A stretch of 64,000 bases of DNA, taken from Podarcis erhardii (Eukaryota). The position numbers and the translations under genes are program-made. The number at the start of each line of letters is the position of its first letter. Positions within the stretch are counted from its first letter, which is position 1. The stretch lies in NCBI GenBank assembly GCA_964252035.1, contig CAXUOO010000127.1; one strand, given 5' to 3'. The notes under the pieces were generated by a model. The model was not told the origin of the DNA, searched no databases, and was given only the letters and a program-made list of their open reading frames with translations. Of this stretch, positions 39,291 through 52,417 are shown one piece after another.

Positions 39291-42265
39291 GGATAAGGAT
39301 TAGAAAAGACAGGGGCCATGAATATGCCATCAAAAGCACCGTGAGGTTTCAGCGGAAAACTCAGTCTTTCAGCAGATGGATCATGCACAGAGAGCAAAGC
39401 AATCTTATTCAATATGTATATGCTTCTGAGGTGTTGTCTGTCGCTGTGACGTGAAACAAGCGGATCTACTATAGAAATGATCCTGTTCGAGTACAGTCGC
39501 CTTGTCAAAAACGAAATTTTTGTGATTCTGCGCCATCGTAGGTTTAAACGTACTACTGTAAATGCCGAAGCGGATTCCAAAACCCTGCTACACATTGCTT
39601 GTGCCAACTGCATTCTTGAAATTGAAGTGTAAATGGATGTCTCGTCGATCGTGCGTCACAAGTAGCAAGGATCTAGAGATTATTCCTTGATTATACACCC
39701 CTGCTCTCGTGTCGAGTTGTCACCGTGCTTGATGCAGCTGCAAAGTTGTAGATAAGAAAAATAGTTTATTGTTTTGACTGTGCATACATCCGTTATGTAA
39801 ACGAGAAAGGCGTTACGCTTGATGAATAATTACACCTCGACATGGTTCAGCAACAAACATAGTTCAGCAACAAACATAAAATGCAGTGTGCTTTCTGAAG
39901 AGCAGCAACAGCAGCAGCAGAAAAGAAGAGGTGGCCAAGTCAACAGAAGCAGCAGCAGCAGCAGCTTTTCGAAGAAATGGAAGCAAAAGCAACAGGAAAG
40001 CGACGAAGTAATGCAAAATTCTCCTCCACACACGTATGAAATGTGAGTGCACACAGAGTGAACAAAAGCGTGATAGAATTTTGACTTGTATCAGACTCTT
40101 GCGAGTGTAGCATCAACATCTGTAGGCTGTTGAAGGTTTCTTTTGTTATCGAGAAATTGGCTTGCAACACACGCAAAGAGTGATCTAGTCAAAATGGACA
40201 AATTCATTTACATGCAAATGTGATGAGCAATAGGTTGTGTGAAATACAAGACTCTAATTAATCTGACCGCCTTGTCTGGGTAGTAATAACCAGCTTGCCA
40301 AACTTTGCCACGTTCGACGTCATCATATTTTATCTCTATGCATTTATTGCATACTCTGCAACAGCATTTCTAAGAAAATCATATCTCTTGTAACGGGTGT
40401 CCGTCTCCAAATGGCAAGCCAATAGTGTTACCCTTCCTGTACTTCAGCAGCGCATTCGTAATTTGTACATACACTAGGTATACATTGCTTTATGCCCACA
40501 TAGACCGAAAACGGTAGCTGCGTTGTGATACCGCTTGCTGTTAGCTGTCCGGCTTCCCCGTGTGATTCACTGGCAACTTCGATAGTAAACAATCACTAAT
40601 TCCGCCAGGTAGGAATGCATGCAATCCGCTTTTACCAATTTGCTAATACTTGCCCGACAAAGTCTCATATACATACGGAACACTTATACTAAACTTTTAC
40701 AGCTATACATGTATGTAATTCTACGAGTGTAGTCCATTCCTGCTTAAAATGTGTAATGGATGCAGTTGTGCTGTTAACTACGTCTGATGCGCGTTATTTA
40801 TTTTTGGAGCAGCTAGGAAAAGAGTTCTAGGACGCCTTTCGAGCCCAGTCAATGCCTAAGTTTGTAATGACAGCTAACTTATTTGCACCTATAAGCAAAA
40901 GGAAGTGGAAGGTAACGGTCCACATTGATAGGTTCACTACCCTCTACCGCGTACAAGCCAGCTATGTTCTAAGCTAACGTGTTGGCGGCGATACGATGTT
41001 CGATGCCGAGTTTATATACTCTTTGAGATTCTACACGCTTTACTGCTCGTCTCCACTGTTGTATAATCTCAGTGAATCGGTTATACGCTGGAAAATAGCT
41101 TTCAATAAGCATTTAAAGCATCCGATGGCCTTGAACCGCGCTAGGTGGGGCGCGGTCTCGGAACTCCGATAAATATATGGGACTGTGGGGCTTTTCGCTG
41201 TCTCATGAGTGACTCACGCTAGTCTTCAACGTGAAAACCACAAGCAGTACGAAACGAGAAGAGACGGCGAGTGGATGCAACATAACATGTACTAGCTCAC
41301 CGTTTTGGTATCTTACACGGGAAGAATGAAGCAGGAAACAGGGAAGCTATCGGTATCCATTGTTGAGAAAAGTCAGATTCTGCTCGATAGTCCGCATTGA
41401 ATTTTGTGGCTATGTCTCAGCGTGCAGGAATTCCAACTTGTTTTACATACGGTACGATCTTTTTATCATCATGCTTACGTGCGACTCAACTCATTCTCTG
41501 CAGTGGAAGAAGTGAAAAAGTCATTGGTAACTCAGCAAGCAGGCGTGCGGCACCGGATAATATCGACAGATTGATTAAAGCATTGCTCAATCAACGTAAA
41601 ACCAGCGACGTTAGGAGTCGAGTGCATATGTCAATGTTTGCATTCTGTGTCACATAAAGATCGCGTCCCCTTATCAAAGCTGGTTTGTATTGATAAAGTA
41701 ATACCCAGCTGCCTGTAGTTCAGTGAACATGTTCAAGAAGCAATTTCTTCACACACGGGACTATTCGTGACTGTCGTCCTTCCATATCCCATTGTACCTG
41801 CATTCGTACCTTCCTCTCACCCTCCCGTTACCGTAACTTTTTCATAGTTCAGTCCGTCGCACTTTAATGATCGAATTCATTCATTCAAATTTGAGGACAA
41901 ACGAATTTACCACACCGACGCGCGCCACAACGTGTGAGCTTCCAAACCGGCTTTTGAATGTGACTGGCTGTGAACTACGGCGCTTCTTGACATCATATTG
42001 TTCTTGATTGCAGCTGTGCTAATCAAACGCAGACGAGCACACATTGGCAAACATCTATTTTGATTCATTTGTGCCACACTAGTACATGCTCATACGTCGC
42101 TCGCTGCAGGGTGCACGCAGCGGCTTATATGAGCTTTTCAACAGAAGGGCGAATATCTTCTTTAAATGTAGCTTGCTTTTACTTGTTTCGGCAGCAGCTA
42201 CGCCTGCTTCTGATTCGAAGCATGCAGCGGCGGTCTGCTCAAGAAGTTGATGAATTATGTAAAAA

Positions 42266-45200
42266 ATGGGGCCCACAAATGAGAAAGGGTCTCCCTTGCG
42301 GAGAACCTCTCATACGAACTCAAACAACGGTGTCGGGGCGAATTTGAGACAACCCTCTGCAGAATCCGCAACGGGGGATAAAGTGAAGTCCTCAAACCTC
42401 AATCACGCCACGTATTTAGAAGATTACATTGCGCGTATGCAGGCCGAAATCGAAAGAACTACGCGACGATTGGAATTAGAAAAGCGCAGGCTTCACGAAC
42501 TTGGAGAAAGTTCACGTAAAGCACAACACGAGTTTGATGATAAGCGGATTCGTTACTCCTTCAACAAGGCAGGAGCACATGCTGAAACTCTCAAAGCGGA
42601 AAACAACTTAATGTTACTCGAAAACAGACTCTCACAGGCACTCAGAAAGCTAAATTCAGTCAACGATGACACTAACAAGGTGAAGACGACGATCGATAAA
42701 TACCGCAAAGATAGACTCGCTATGGAAAAAGTCTACAACCATGTCTACCGGGAGCTGGGCGACCAGGCGAGTCAACTAACTCATGTGAAAGAAAAAGTAG
42801 CCCAGGTGAAAGAATGGGACCGGCAAGCCAATGAACGGATTGAGGAGCTCACAAAATTGAAGGAACATGAAAGGGAAGAATTCAAACAGCAGTGTCTCAC
42901 TATGCAAAAAGAACTCAGGGAGCAGGTCGGCGCATATTTATATTGCATCATACTAAATCCAGGTGTTGCTGGCACGGCGTATTCACTTGAAGTGATCAGC
43001 ACCTGCAGACAGCGCAGGGAACTCTTTCCTTCGGGTCATAGAGCCCACTTAACTTTTCTGTTAAGATTTAACTATCCACTTCTTATAAAAGAACTCGCCA
43101 CTCTACATCCCACAATTCTATATGTAATCACAGAGTCCGTTGCTGGTAGAGGCGGAGCTCTAGTTTGCAAACGTTACTGTCGCTATTCACCGCGTCAAAC
43201 AGTTTAAAAAAGACGGTATGGTGCTGTTGCAGCATTGAACACAATTTTGTGCATAAAACTCCATGCCACACTATAAATCCTCGTCTCTGAGAATCTTTTG
43301 TCTTCTCAATTATTCAAAGGTCACCCCCAAAGTAAATGTTAAAAAATTTCAAAAATGCTTAATAGCACACGCGACTACTTATAGTGATGCGTAATTACTG
43401 GACTACAATAACAGTAAAGAAATTAAACTCTACAGAAAGGCGTCCAGATGATACGCGTTGTCTCGCCTTTTTGGATGTTACGGAGTTAACGATATAGCTT
43501 TACGCAGAAGTGCGTTCGAGGACGTGACTACAAATGGTCGTGCGAATCATCTCGACTTTTGAGATAATCTAGGACCATATAAAATTTAGAGTACTACAGC
43601 ATAGTGTGTACCGCGGCATATTTATTGAGAAGCATCATTCTCACTTTGAAAGCTCGTTCGCTATCGAGGGTGTGGTTCAGGATCGACTCATAAGAGAATT
43701 CGACATACGAGCTCATCGTGAAACGTCCACGCAGCGTCTTCAGATGAAAGGAAGCCCGTACAGTGTAGCAGAGGAAGAGCACAACTTCAATCCGGAAGGA
43801 TTGATGAAGCTGATTTTCAAGACCGCGCTCTTGAATGCAGTGCATAGACACAACATCAAGCAATATAAAACGAAAATTTCGGTGTTTGAAAAGGCAATGG
43901 AAAGCATCAAGATTTCGACAGGAATATCTGGTCAGCAATGTTCCTGTTGAAAGCTCTTTTCATAGCTAGGTTGTGACGACCTCGAGGAGCCACCCGTGAG
44001 GCCAATTTGGCACATCAACGGCATAGCAAGTGATATTAAGACGGTTGCGATACAAAAGTCAAGTCGAATGCCATACTTTGAATCTCACCTTAATTCTATT
44101 TACATCAAGACGCCGGACTCGCTCATCAAAGGAAAAGGAATTGGTCTGCGTTCTTTGTCATGCCTGACTGCTTGCAGATGCTGAGGAAATAGTGTCAATC
44201 TTCTCTCAACTTGAAGAGAGAAACTACAGCATTATGACGTATGTTAATAATATCAACGTTGAGCTAGAGTCAATCGAGTCTAAAATGCGCCAGTTGCAGG
44301 CCCACATGAAACACCAGGCAGAGCACGATGAAGTAGCGCAACGGCTGACAAATGCCACATTGTGTGATGTTGCCAAGCAAATAAGAAAAACTCTGCAAGC
44401 GACAGAAGGCAAAAAAGCACTCGTTCAGCGACAGCTCCAAGGACTAGATCAAAGCTATAAAATCCTTTCTGATACGGTAACTTACATACGCAAATTCTGG
44501 GTAGAGCCCCCCACATATGACGAACCGCCGCCTCGAGAACGTGGGACTTTTGGGAGCCAGTGTGGACGCAAGGATCTGCTCCCTCTTTTATGGTTCATTG
44601 AAAAATACGTTCTTACCTGTAGGCCGGGGTTGCTGGCAGCTCAAAAATGTGCTTCTTATGCTGAGGGCCCTTGCCCTTCGCCTACTTCACCGCAGCTCCC
44701 TCTCAGCTGCAGTACCAGTTGTCGAGGAGAGCTTCCTGGCTGCACCGGAAACAGCATTCCAAGCGGCTCAACCGCGTTGAAAAACCGGTCTTCTCCTAGT
44801 GCATTTGCTGCTGGAGCAGCACCAAGCAGCATCAGCGCGAGGCCAGCCCATAACAGTAGTCACGGGGTAAGCAACGGAGGAACTAGAGCGTTTAATGGCA
44901 TACAGCACAATCAGCCAAAATCTTTATATGTAAGCAACTCAGCATATTATATTCGGGGGGGCCGTAGCGCGGACTGGCGCTCAACCGAAACGCAACAACA
45001 GAGGCGCAGCAGAAACAAAGGGCGCAGCGGAGGCAAAAAGTATAGTTCTTCGAGCCCGCGCTCTGCGATAGCGCCTGCCGCAGCCGCAACTGTTTTCAGC
45101 AGTAATGAGGCATCAATTTTTTCAAGTGAATCAGGAGTTGCAAACAGTAGCGTTGCTATTGTGAAGTCTGAAGCAGGGCTACCTTTTACGGCTTGTCCAT

Positions 45201-45547
45201 CAACGCGACTATTTCTCGGTTATAACACCTTAAGTTCATCGACATCTGCGTGCACCAGTACCTTGGGGGGGGTTCATGGAGAACAGCCGCTTTCCGGAAG
45301 TGACGAGGAGGACAACGATGGTGCCGATCATGAAGGAGACGACAAAAACCCTCCAGCTGGAGACATTGTCCCGCTGAGCAGTGGAGAATTAAGAGAAAGA
45401 ACGATACACCTTTTAAATCGACAACGAAAGCGCAAGGCTGCGCTTGAAGGGAACGGCGCACCGTCACTGAGCCTCTATTTGCCTGAAAAGATGTGTTTAC
45501 TGGCCTCTCCAACTCCAGGTCAAGCGCAAGATTTCATTGGATGTTAA
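42266..45547 (+). CDS. Outer dynein arm docking complex subunit, ODA1/DC2 (ODAD1/CCDC114/CCDC63-like) coiled-coil protein
   Basis: Exons 42266-42925, 43681-43930 and 44178-45518/45547 join in frame at GT-AG. Family motifs as recalled: LLENRLSQALRKLN..IDKYRKDR, FEKAMESIKISTGISDAEEIVSIFSQLEERNYSIMTYVNNINVELE, LLPLLWFIE, PLSSGELRER. DC1 (ODA3/CCDC151) is not fully excluded without a search. Confidence 0.82.
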
Positions 45548-46175
45548 CAAGTTCCTACTTCTTTACCTTTCCTGTCTACGCAGTTGACTTCAACAGCATG
45601 CAAATTCGTCTATCAGTAGCGAGTCTGCCGTGTACGCTGTCGGCTAGTTACCTCTGGTGCGATATTTCTTAATGAGTGCAAGTAATTTTATACGGAAGCC
45701 TCCGCGTACTAGTAGACGCTCCGCAAGATTGAGCATCTTGTAACATAATACCTCTGCACCTCAGTGTTACATTGTCGCTATTGCTTCTGGTAAGCGTTAA
45801 TGCAGTTGTAAGCGTCTGAAGCAGATCAAATTCTTGCGAACTGGTTTTACAATCAGTCACGTCTATATATAGTGCTTAGTATTTTTGCATGGAATTGAAA
45901 ACAGAGATATCATACAAATATCAAAACCGTCGGCAGGATAACACGTTTCCTCACTGAACCTTTTGCCTTTCCAATCAAATTCTGAACACGCACGTGCGTA
46001 CTGATTTCATATAAATTGAAATGCTCGTTGGGTGTCTAGCACATGCACTGTGATTAGAGATGGTGTTGCGACGACGATCTTGCATTCAAATCATCCCTGG
46101 CTACTTTTCCGTTTTCTCATGTAACAGAGCTACCGTCTATTCTAGCAGGCGCTTTTTTTCTTCCTTCCCCTTCAG

Positions 46176-49100
46176 CACCACGCCAACACAACGAAGCAGA
46201 AACTTTGATTGAAACTTCAGCACCTACAAATGCTGTCACGGCTGGAACAGCAGCAGCGGAAGAGAAGATTGACTTAGTTTCTACAGCGTCAAGAAGACGA
46301 AAATCAGCCACTGCCGCAATTGCAGAAGATGAATGCTCTAATACGCCTGCAACAGCATCTGAACAAGCAGTAGACCAATTTCAACAAGGAAAAAAAAGTA
46401 TTAGCATCCGTGCAAATGAACAAAGGGGTAACCGTCGAAGTGTCAGTTGCGCTGACGGCCTTGCCCCGAAAACGGGTAGTACAGCTAGCCTGAAGAGGCA
46501 AATAGTATCTGGAGGAATCTTGCAGCAAGGAAAGTTACTCTTTTCACGCCGCAAAGGCAAAGACTCAAGCAAGTTCGAGGGAATGCGAAAGGAGAGCTCA
46601 CTTTCATCAAAACGAGGAAGCGACGGAAGTTCACCAACAGAACAAGGGTCACAGCAGCCGCAACACCAACAGCCTCGCAAGCAAAGTTTTGCAAAGCAGG
46701 TGACTATTGTTGCTGACTCAAACTCAGCAAGCGCTAAGCATACATACGTCAAATTAAAAGCGCTCCAGTCTGAAGTGTCCAGAAATAAACTAGCGCTCGG
46801 CAGGTTTTTTAAAAGAAAGAACTCTACGGATAGCGTACAACATCCTCCGCCTAACACGACTTGCCAAGCAGAGCTGCTGGTTGATAACCAAGTGTGCTGC
46901 GACGCACAATCCGAAAAAAAACTCGAAGAAAACGAGGACCAGTTGCTGCAGCAACGTGATAATGATGAGGAGGGTCCCCGCTGTCGACAAGAAGGTGAGC
47001 ATTGTCTGCAACAAAGTTTAGAAGAAGAGGGGCAAGGAGAGTCGGTGACTGAACAGGCGAATGCAAGCTATCTAGAGATCGATAGCCTTCGACATGAGCA
47101 ACATAAAATGTGGATTTCGCACACCACAGAAGCAGACGTCGCAAATGAAGTACGTGTACCGACGTCGGCCGGATTGAATCATACTTCAGATTGTACGAAA
47201 CAAATGAAGATAACAACCAATCTGGCGATAGTGGTCGACGAGCAGCAGTCTCCAAATAAACATGAGGCACAAGGAGAAAAGATAGAAGTAGCCTTTGCAA
47301 AAGACGATGCTGCAGTCAATTTTACCGGCGCACTAGCGACAAAGCAGGAGGACAATTCACGTTTTGCTACCGAACCTGTCGTAGCTGACGCAGATGACGC
47401 GCAGATGGAGAAACCTAAGTTGGGTGAAAGACGAGCAGCATCGGCTTCCGCATCTACAGTACGTGCAAATGACCCTGGCGAAGAGGAAAAAGTGGGAATT
47501 GTTGAGTTCTCGGATATACCAGATACCGTTTCTGCTAATGCATGCAAAGATGGGTACAACCCATCGTCTGATTGGGCAAAACCAGAATCAGCGACAGCTT
47601 CCGCATCACTTTGGGAAGAATGTAAAAGCGTTGCTGCTGAAGATGCTGCTGCACAAGAAACTCGAGAAGCGCAAGAGGTGCAACGTTTATTGAAGAACAG
47701 CCAAGAAGGCCTTCAAGAATCAGTGCACGAGCCACAGCTAAAACTATCAGAATCGGATTATCTACAGAACCTGGTACCACAGCATAAGCTTCAAGATAGG
47801 TGTGCAGAGATCCATAAGGAAGAAGAGATTGAAACGCAACAGCACCCAGAAGAGATTTCGCCAGATAAAGAGGGCGGCACTGCTGCGCAGACCAAAAAAG
47901 CAATAGCAGACGTTGAGCAAGGCGCTCCTGATAATGGAATTTCAGCAGAGAGTCGTGAAGCGACAGCAACGCTAGAGACAGGAGAGACTGTTTCAGGCAG
48001 AGGCCGCACTACTTCCAGGTCCGCAGCAGGCCAGGACGCAGTTCTGAATGCGCCGGCTTCTTTCGTTTTCGCCAAAGCCCCCATGGAGCCTTTAAGGCCG
48101 ACCAGCGCTTCAGGTAAAATTGCACCAAGGAGAACATCAGCAGCAGTAAGAGGACTGGATGTTTGAGCAAGTCTCCGCTTCTGTTCGATTCAGTCGCACA
48201 TTTGAATAGATTAGCCCACTGATTCAGAAAGCACCAGCTCTTACCACATTAGACAGTCTGCATGATTTGCTTTCTCTGCTGCAGGTCACAAGGCGAGCAC
48301 TTTGAATGACGGCGATGTAGAGGAAGCATCAAATATGAAAAAGTCCGATTCGCAGAATACATTTTCAAGAATAATTGGTGCCTCAACTGCTGCAGCAGCA
48401 TGTTACGACGTTTACTTGTCAGCGAAAAAAACAGCTACACCAAGAGCCACACCTGATCTGCAGACTAAACGTCCCAGCAGCAGCCCCCTTGTGGGATTGA
48501 GTATGCTTGTACCGGTGGATACTGCGCAGAATAGTGGCAGCAGAACCAGAGTTCCACTGCCCCCCTCAGCTGCAGCGGCTGCTTTCAAGGCTCTCCGTAC
48601 AGCGACTCTCTCTGCCTCTAGTGTGATAACGAGCACAGATGAGGAAGGAAGAAGACTGCTATCTGCGGAAATTCTCAAAGCGGACTCTGTCGTATCACTC
48701 GAAAGACCTGCTTCTGCTGCAGCTGCGCGACTGGAAGAACGAGGAGCTTTTCCAGAAGTGATTCGAAAAAGCAACAGCGCCACCAATCGAAAGGTGTTTG
48801 ACAAGCAAAATTGCAATTCGGACCGCTTCAAGGTTTTTGAAAAACACTCCAAGTTAGCACGAGATCAACATGCCGATTTTAATGACGATGAAACATCTCG
48901 CGACCCTGTAGTCGCAGCACAACTTTTATCCACAGAAACAACAGAGCAACAACCTGCTGCTCGTGCTGGAGTTGCAGCTGCTCGAGAAGGACTTGCAGCG
49001 GTATGCGCACCTATCGAAACTGCCCCGCTGCCGGTAACAGAAACTAGACTGCCCGCACAAGTGGTGCAGCAGATACAGAAGCAGGAGCACGAGATGTTAA

Positions 49101-51437
49101 CAGGGGGAGAAAGCGCAGCTGCCCAGCATCTTGTAGACATATCTTCAAGTGCTACACAACAGCAGCACGATGCTTCTTATCAACTTGTAGACACGGCGAT
49201 AACAGAATCTGCACTTTCAGAAAAAATCGGCTTGCAGACTATACCGGTATTTCCGAAAACGATAGAACCTTCACACCCTCAACAGCTGCTCAAAGAACAA
49301 CTGCAGACGTCGGAGCTTTTGAGTGAAAGACCCCACTCACCGTCAACAACATCGCTCGCTGCAAAAGCGCCTTCCAATGCGCATGAGGCACATTCTGCCG
49401 AACAAGACACGTCTGCTAAAAGCAGTGAGCGGCTTCAAAGCGCCAGTGATTCCAATTTCGCTAAACAAGACACGTCTGCTAAAAGCAGTGAGCGGCTTCA
49501 AAGCGCCAGTGATTCCAATTTCGCTAAACAAGACACGTCTGCAAAAAGCAGTGAGCGGCTTCAAAGCGCCAGTGATTCCAATTCCTTTCAACAGCTTTCT
49601 CGAATACAAGCCTCTCTCGTCAGTGCTTCTGAAGAAGCCACTCACTCTAGGAAGGCAGCCGCTCTGACAGACTCGCAGCCTGTTGTTGATGCTTTCACCG
49701 CAACAAGATATGACATGGGCGCAGACTCAATCCGTCAATCTCTTTCTTCCTTTGAAAACAGCAATTTTGCAAGCTCTGCTGCCTCTGCAGCTGGAGTGCA
49801 CCCTCTTGAATCATCGAAAAAGTCACTGCCAAAAGATGATGCTGCCTCTGATTCAGGTACACAAATGCAGCACACGCTTTTAAGCGGACTTTTCCAAACT
49901 GATGCTACTGCAGCAGCGTCCAGTGCTCAGATTCCTGTGGGTGCCGCGCTGACTAAACCGAAATTTTCAACTACAGAAGTCTCTGGGCTGTTGAGGAACA
50001 ATGAAGAAGAAAGGCCAGACAGTGCTGCCTTTCCTCAACAAGAACTACGACAATTAGAAAACCGCACCTTAGAAACCCCTGACACCTCATCACCACCTCC
50101 ACTTCCGCAGGTCTGCGGAATTGAACATCATCACATCTTCTCCATCACTATTTGTTTCCCCGAAAAATGCCAACCACTCGTCCCTTGAGAGCAGTGCTAC
50201 AGCTGCAGTCAACACAGAGATGGTGAACTTGGATTCCGGAAATCAACAGATTGACGCAAACAGATATGATCCAGTGTCAACCTATACAGAGTATGTACAA
50301 GAGCAACAAGACAAAACGCTGCCTCACGGAAAAACGGAAACTCATGACGATCACAGCAGCCTGTATAATGTTGAGGTTTGCGAAAATGGGCAAGCTGTTG
50401 CGTTATGCGAGCACCAGACTATGCCTTTCGTGTCGGACCCAGGGGAGGGGAACGTTTTAAAGGCAGCGTCAGGAGTAGCCGCAGCAGAAAGGAAAGAATC
50501 ATTACCAGCAGCATCAGCAGACGAGCATTCTTCAGTGCAATTAACAATAAGCGGACTCCGTGTGACAGCGTCGACGGGCGAGGGAGAGCAGTCTGCGGTA
50601 ATAGAGGAAACTCACAGCAAAAAGCCGGTATTTCTGCAGTCGCAACAGCTGGCGAACACCGCAGCAACAGCAGCAGAAACAGGTAGGCATTTGCCAGAGA
50701 TTGGTGACTTTAGTGACCAGCACTCTGAACCCAAAAGGGAGGTACAGATGACTATTCAGCCTGAGCTGCAGCAGGTTGTATGCGAAACAGAACCGGAAAA
50801 AACCCTCAAGCCAGCTTCGATACTTTTGTCAACTACAGTATCAGGAAATGCAGACTCTTCTCTGCAGCCACTTTCTGCAGAATCACTTCGCGGACGGTGT
50901 CAGTCTGCCGTATCTTTTTCACAGCAGCGTACAGAGAGAAAAGTGGTGTTGACCGAACCAGCAGCAGGCAACAATTCATCTGAACGAAACGGGGGCGAAG
51001 GACGAGTATCTCGCAGCGCTGAAGAGCGTCCGCAGCACCGATTGTCATCGCGCCGTGATTCTCGTTACTATAAACGGTCCACTTTGAGTTTAAATCAAAG
51101 ACAACGTGCTTCTACATTGCAATTATGTCTGCATAATGATCTGCATTTGCCTGAAAGCGACTCTCCGCCGGGCACGCCTCCGCTGCCAGCTACTTCCCTT
51201 TCAAGCTTGGCAGCTGCAACAGCAACTGTGACGGAAGAGGCACCAGCAGAAGAAGAAGAACAATTCAGTACTGTAGTCGAAGGAAGGCGATTTACTGCTC
51301 GTGTATCGCGTGTCGAACGGGCGCAGCCGCAAACTCCTTACGACGCAGTATTGGCTGCTCAAGCAGCTATTCAGCTACGACAGCTGCTCGCTAGTGGTGA
51401 AGCTTATCCACCCATGTCAGATGAGGATACTCCGTGA
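46176..51437 (+). CDS. Large low-complexity S/E/A/Q-rich coding region (~1,700 aa), probably the C-terminal extension of the DC2 gene
   Basis: Strong acceptor tttttttcttccttccccttcag ends at 46175. Exon 46176-48113 is followed by intron 48114-48284 (gtaaaa..ctgcag), which joins the 653-aa and 628-aa ORFs in frame. The 628-aa and 438-aa ORFs join if one A at 50119-50120 is removed (or through an intron). Stop is TGA at 51435-51437. Confidence 0.7.
49403..49582 (+). repeat. Coding 63-bp tandem repeat x~2.9 (QDTSAKSSERLQSASDSNFAK)
   Basis: Near-identical units start at 49403, 49466 and 49529. Confidence 0.97.
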
Positions 51438-52417
51438 TATTAAGCTCACCACCTGCAGGGATCCGTCCGGAAGATTCTTGCGTACCGAGCGCAAAAAAGT
51501 ATATAGTGCACCAACGTATACTTCGATTCGTAACAGGGAATCTGGATTATGGTAGATTTAGCTCATGCTTTCTCGCAGCCACTCAGTCGAGTCATTTCGA
51601 AAAAACAGTCTGAAGCTACTCAATTCCACGACACAAAAAAGACTCTCAATATTCACGCAAGGCATCGCCACGCCCATACTGTGAGTGTGCAACAACTAGT
51701 TCTTTCAATAAAAAGTGCCGCAACATATATATATATATATATGTTTTTGTATGTTATCCATCATGTAAACGCATTTATACAGTTGTAAATGTGTATTCGG
51801 GTTCAATTCACTACATATGCAGTTGTATTAGGCAGTGCATCGTCACAAGTATCCACGGAAAAATACATTAACACCCAGCCAGATCAACGATGTCTAGGAG
51901 AAAGAGGCAACTGACTCGCATATCAGTTTAAAATGAGCGACGCGGCAACAACACTGCTGTGACCTTTGTTGTTCTTTTCTTGTTCGGCGCTTCATAATCA
52001 ATTCACAAATTCCACATAAAAGCGCAGTTCCTACAATCATGGATTCTCTTCTGCTGCTACTTACACCCCGCGGTGCTACCAGCGCTTTTAGCGACAGATT
52101 ATCTGTGAACTTGGCGCTGCCAATTTCCAGAGCAAGTGGTAGGCTGCACAGCAGGCGAGCTTGCTCCACCCCAGTATGAGTAGCACCCGCGAAAAAAAAT
52201 GAACGCGCTGGAACCGATTGTATCTTCAATGCGGTCCAGGTTGTTGCTGTTGCTGCCCCTTGGTAAAACCCGCAGTGGCACCAGAGATGCCATTTTTCAT
52301 GACGAGGCTATGCAAGGACAACTGTGAGACGTTGTTGCTGACGGTTCCTGCTAAGAGAGCTTCACGCGCGCTCCTGGCGTGAAAAATTCTTCTAGTACGC
52401 TGCTGCACTTCGCATTC

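Noticed and set aside
39819-40046. CAG-rich ORF ending near a gtgagt donor
   Set aside because: No acceptor, start context or neighbouring exons could be linked; may be UTR or intergenic CAG.
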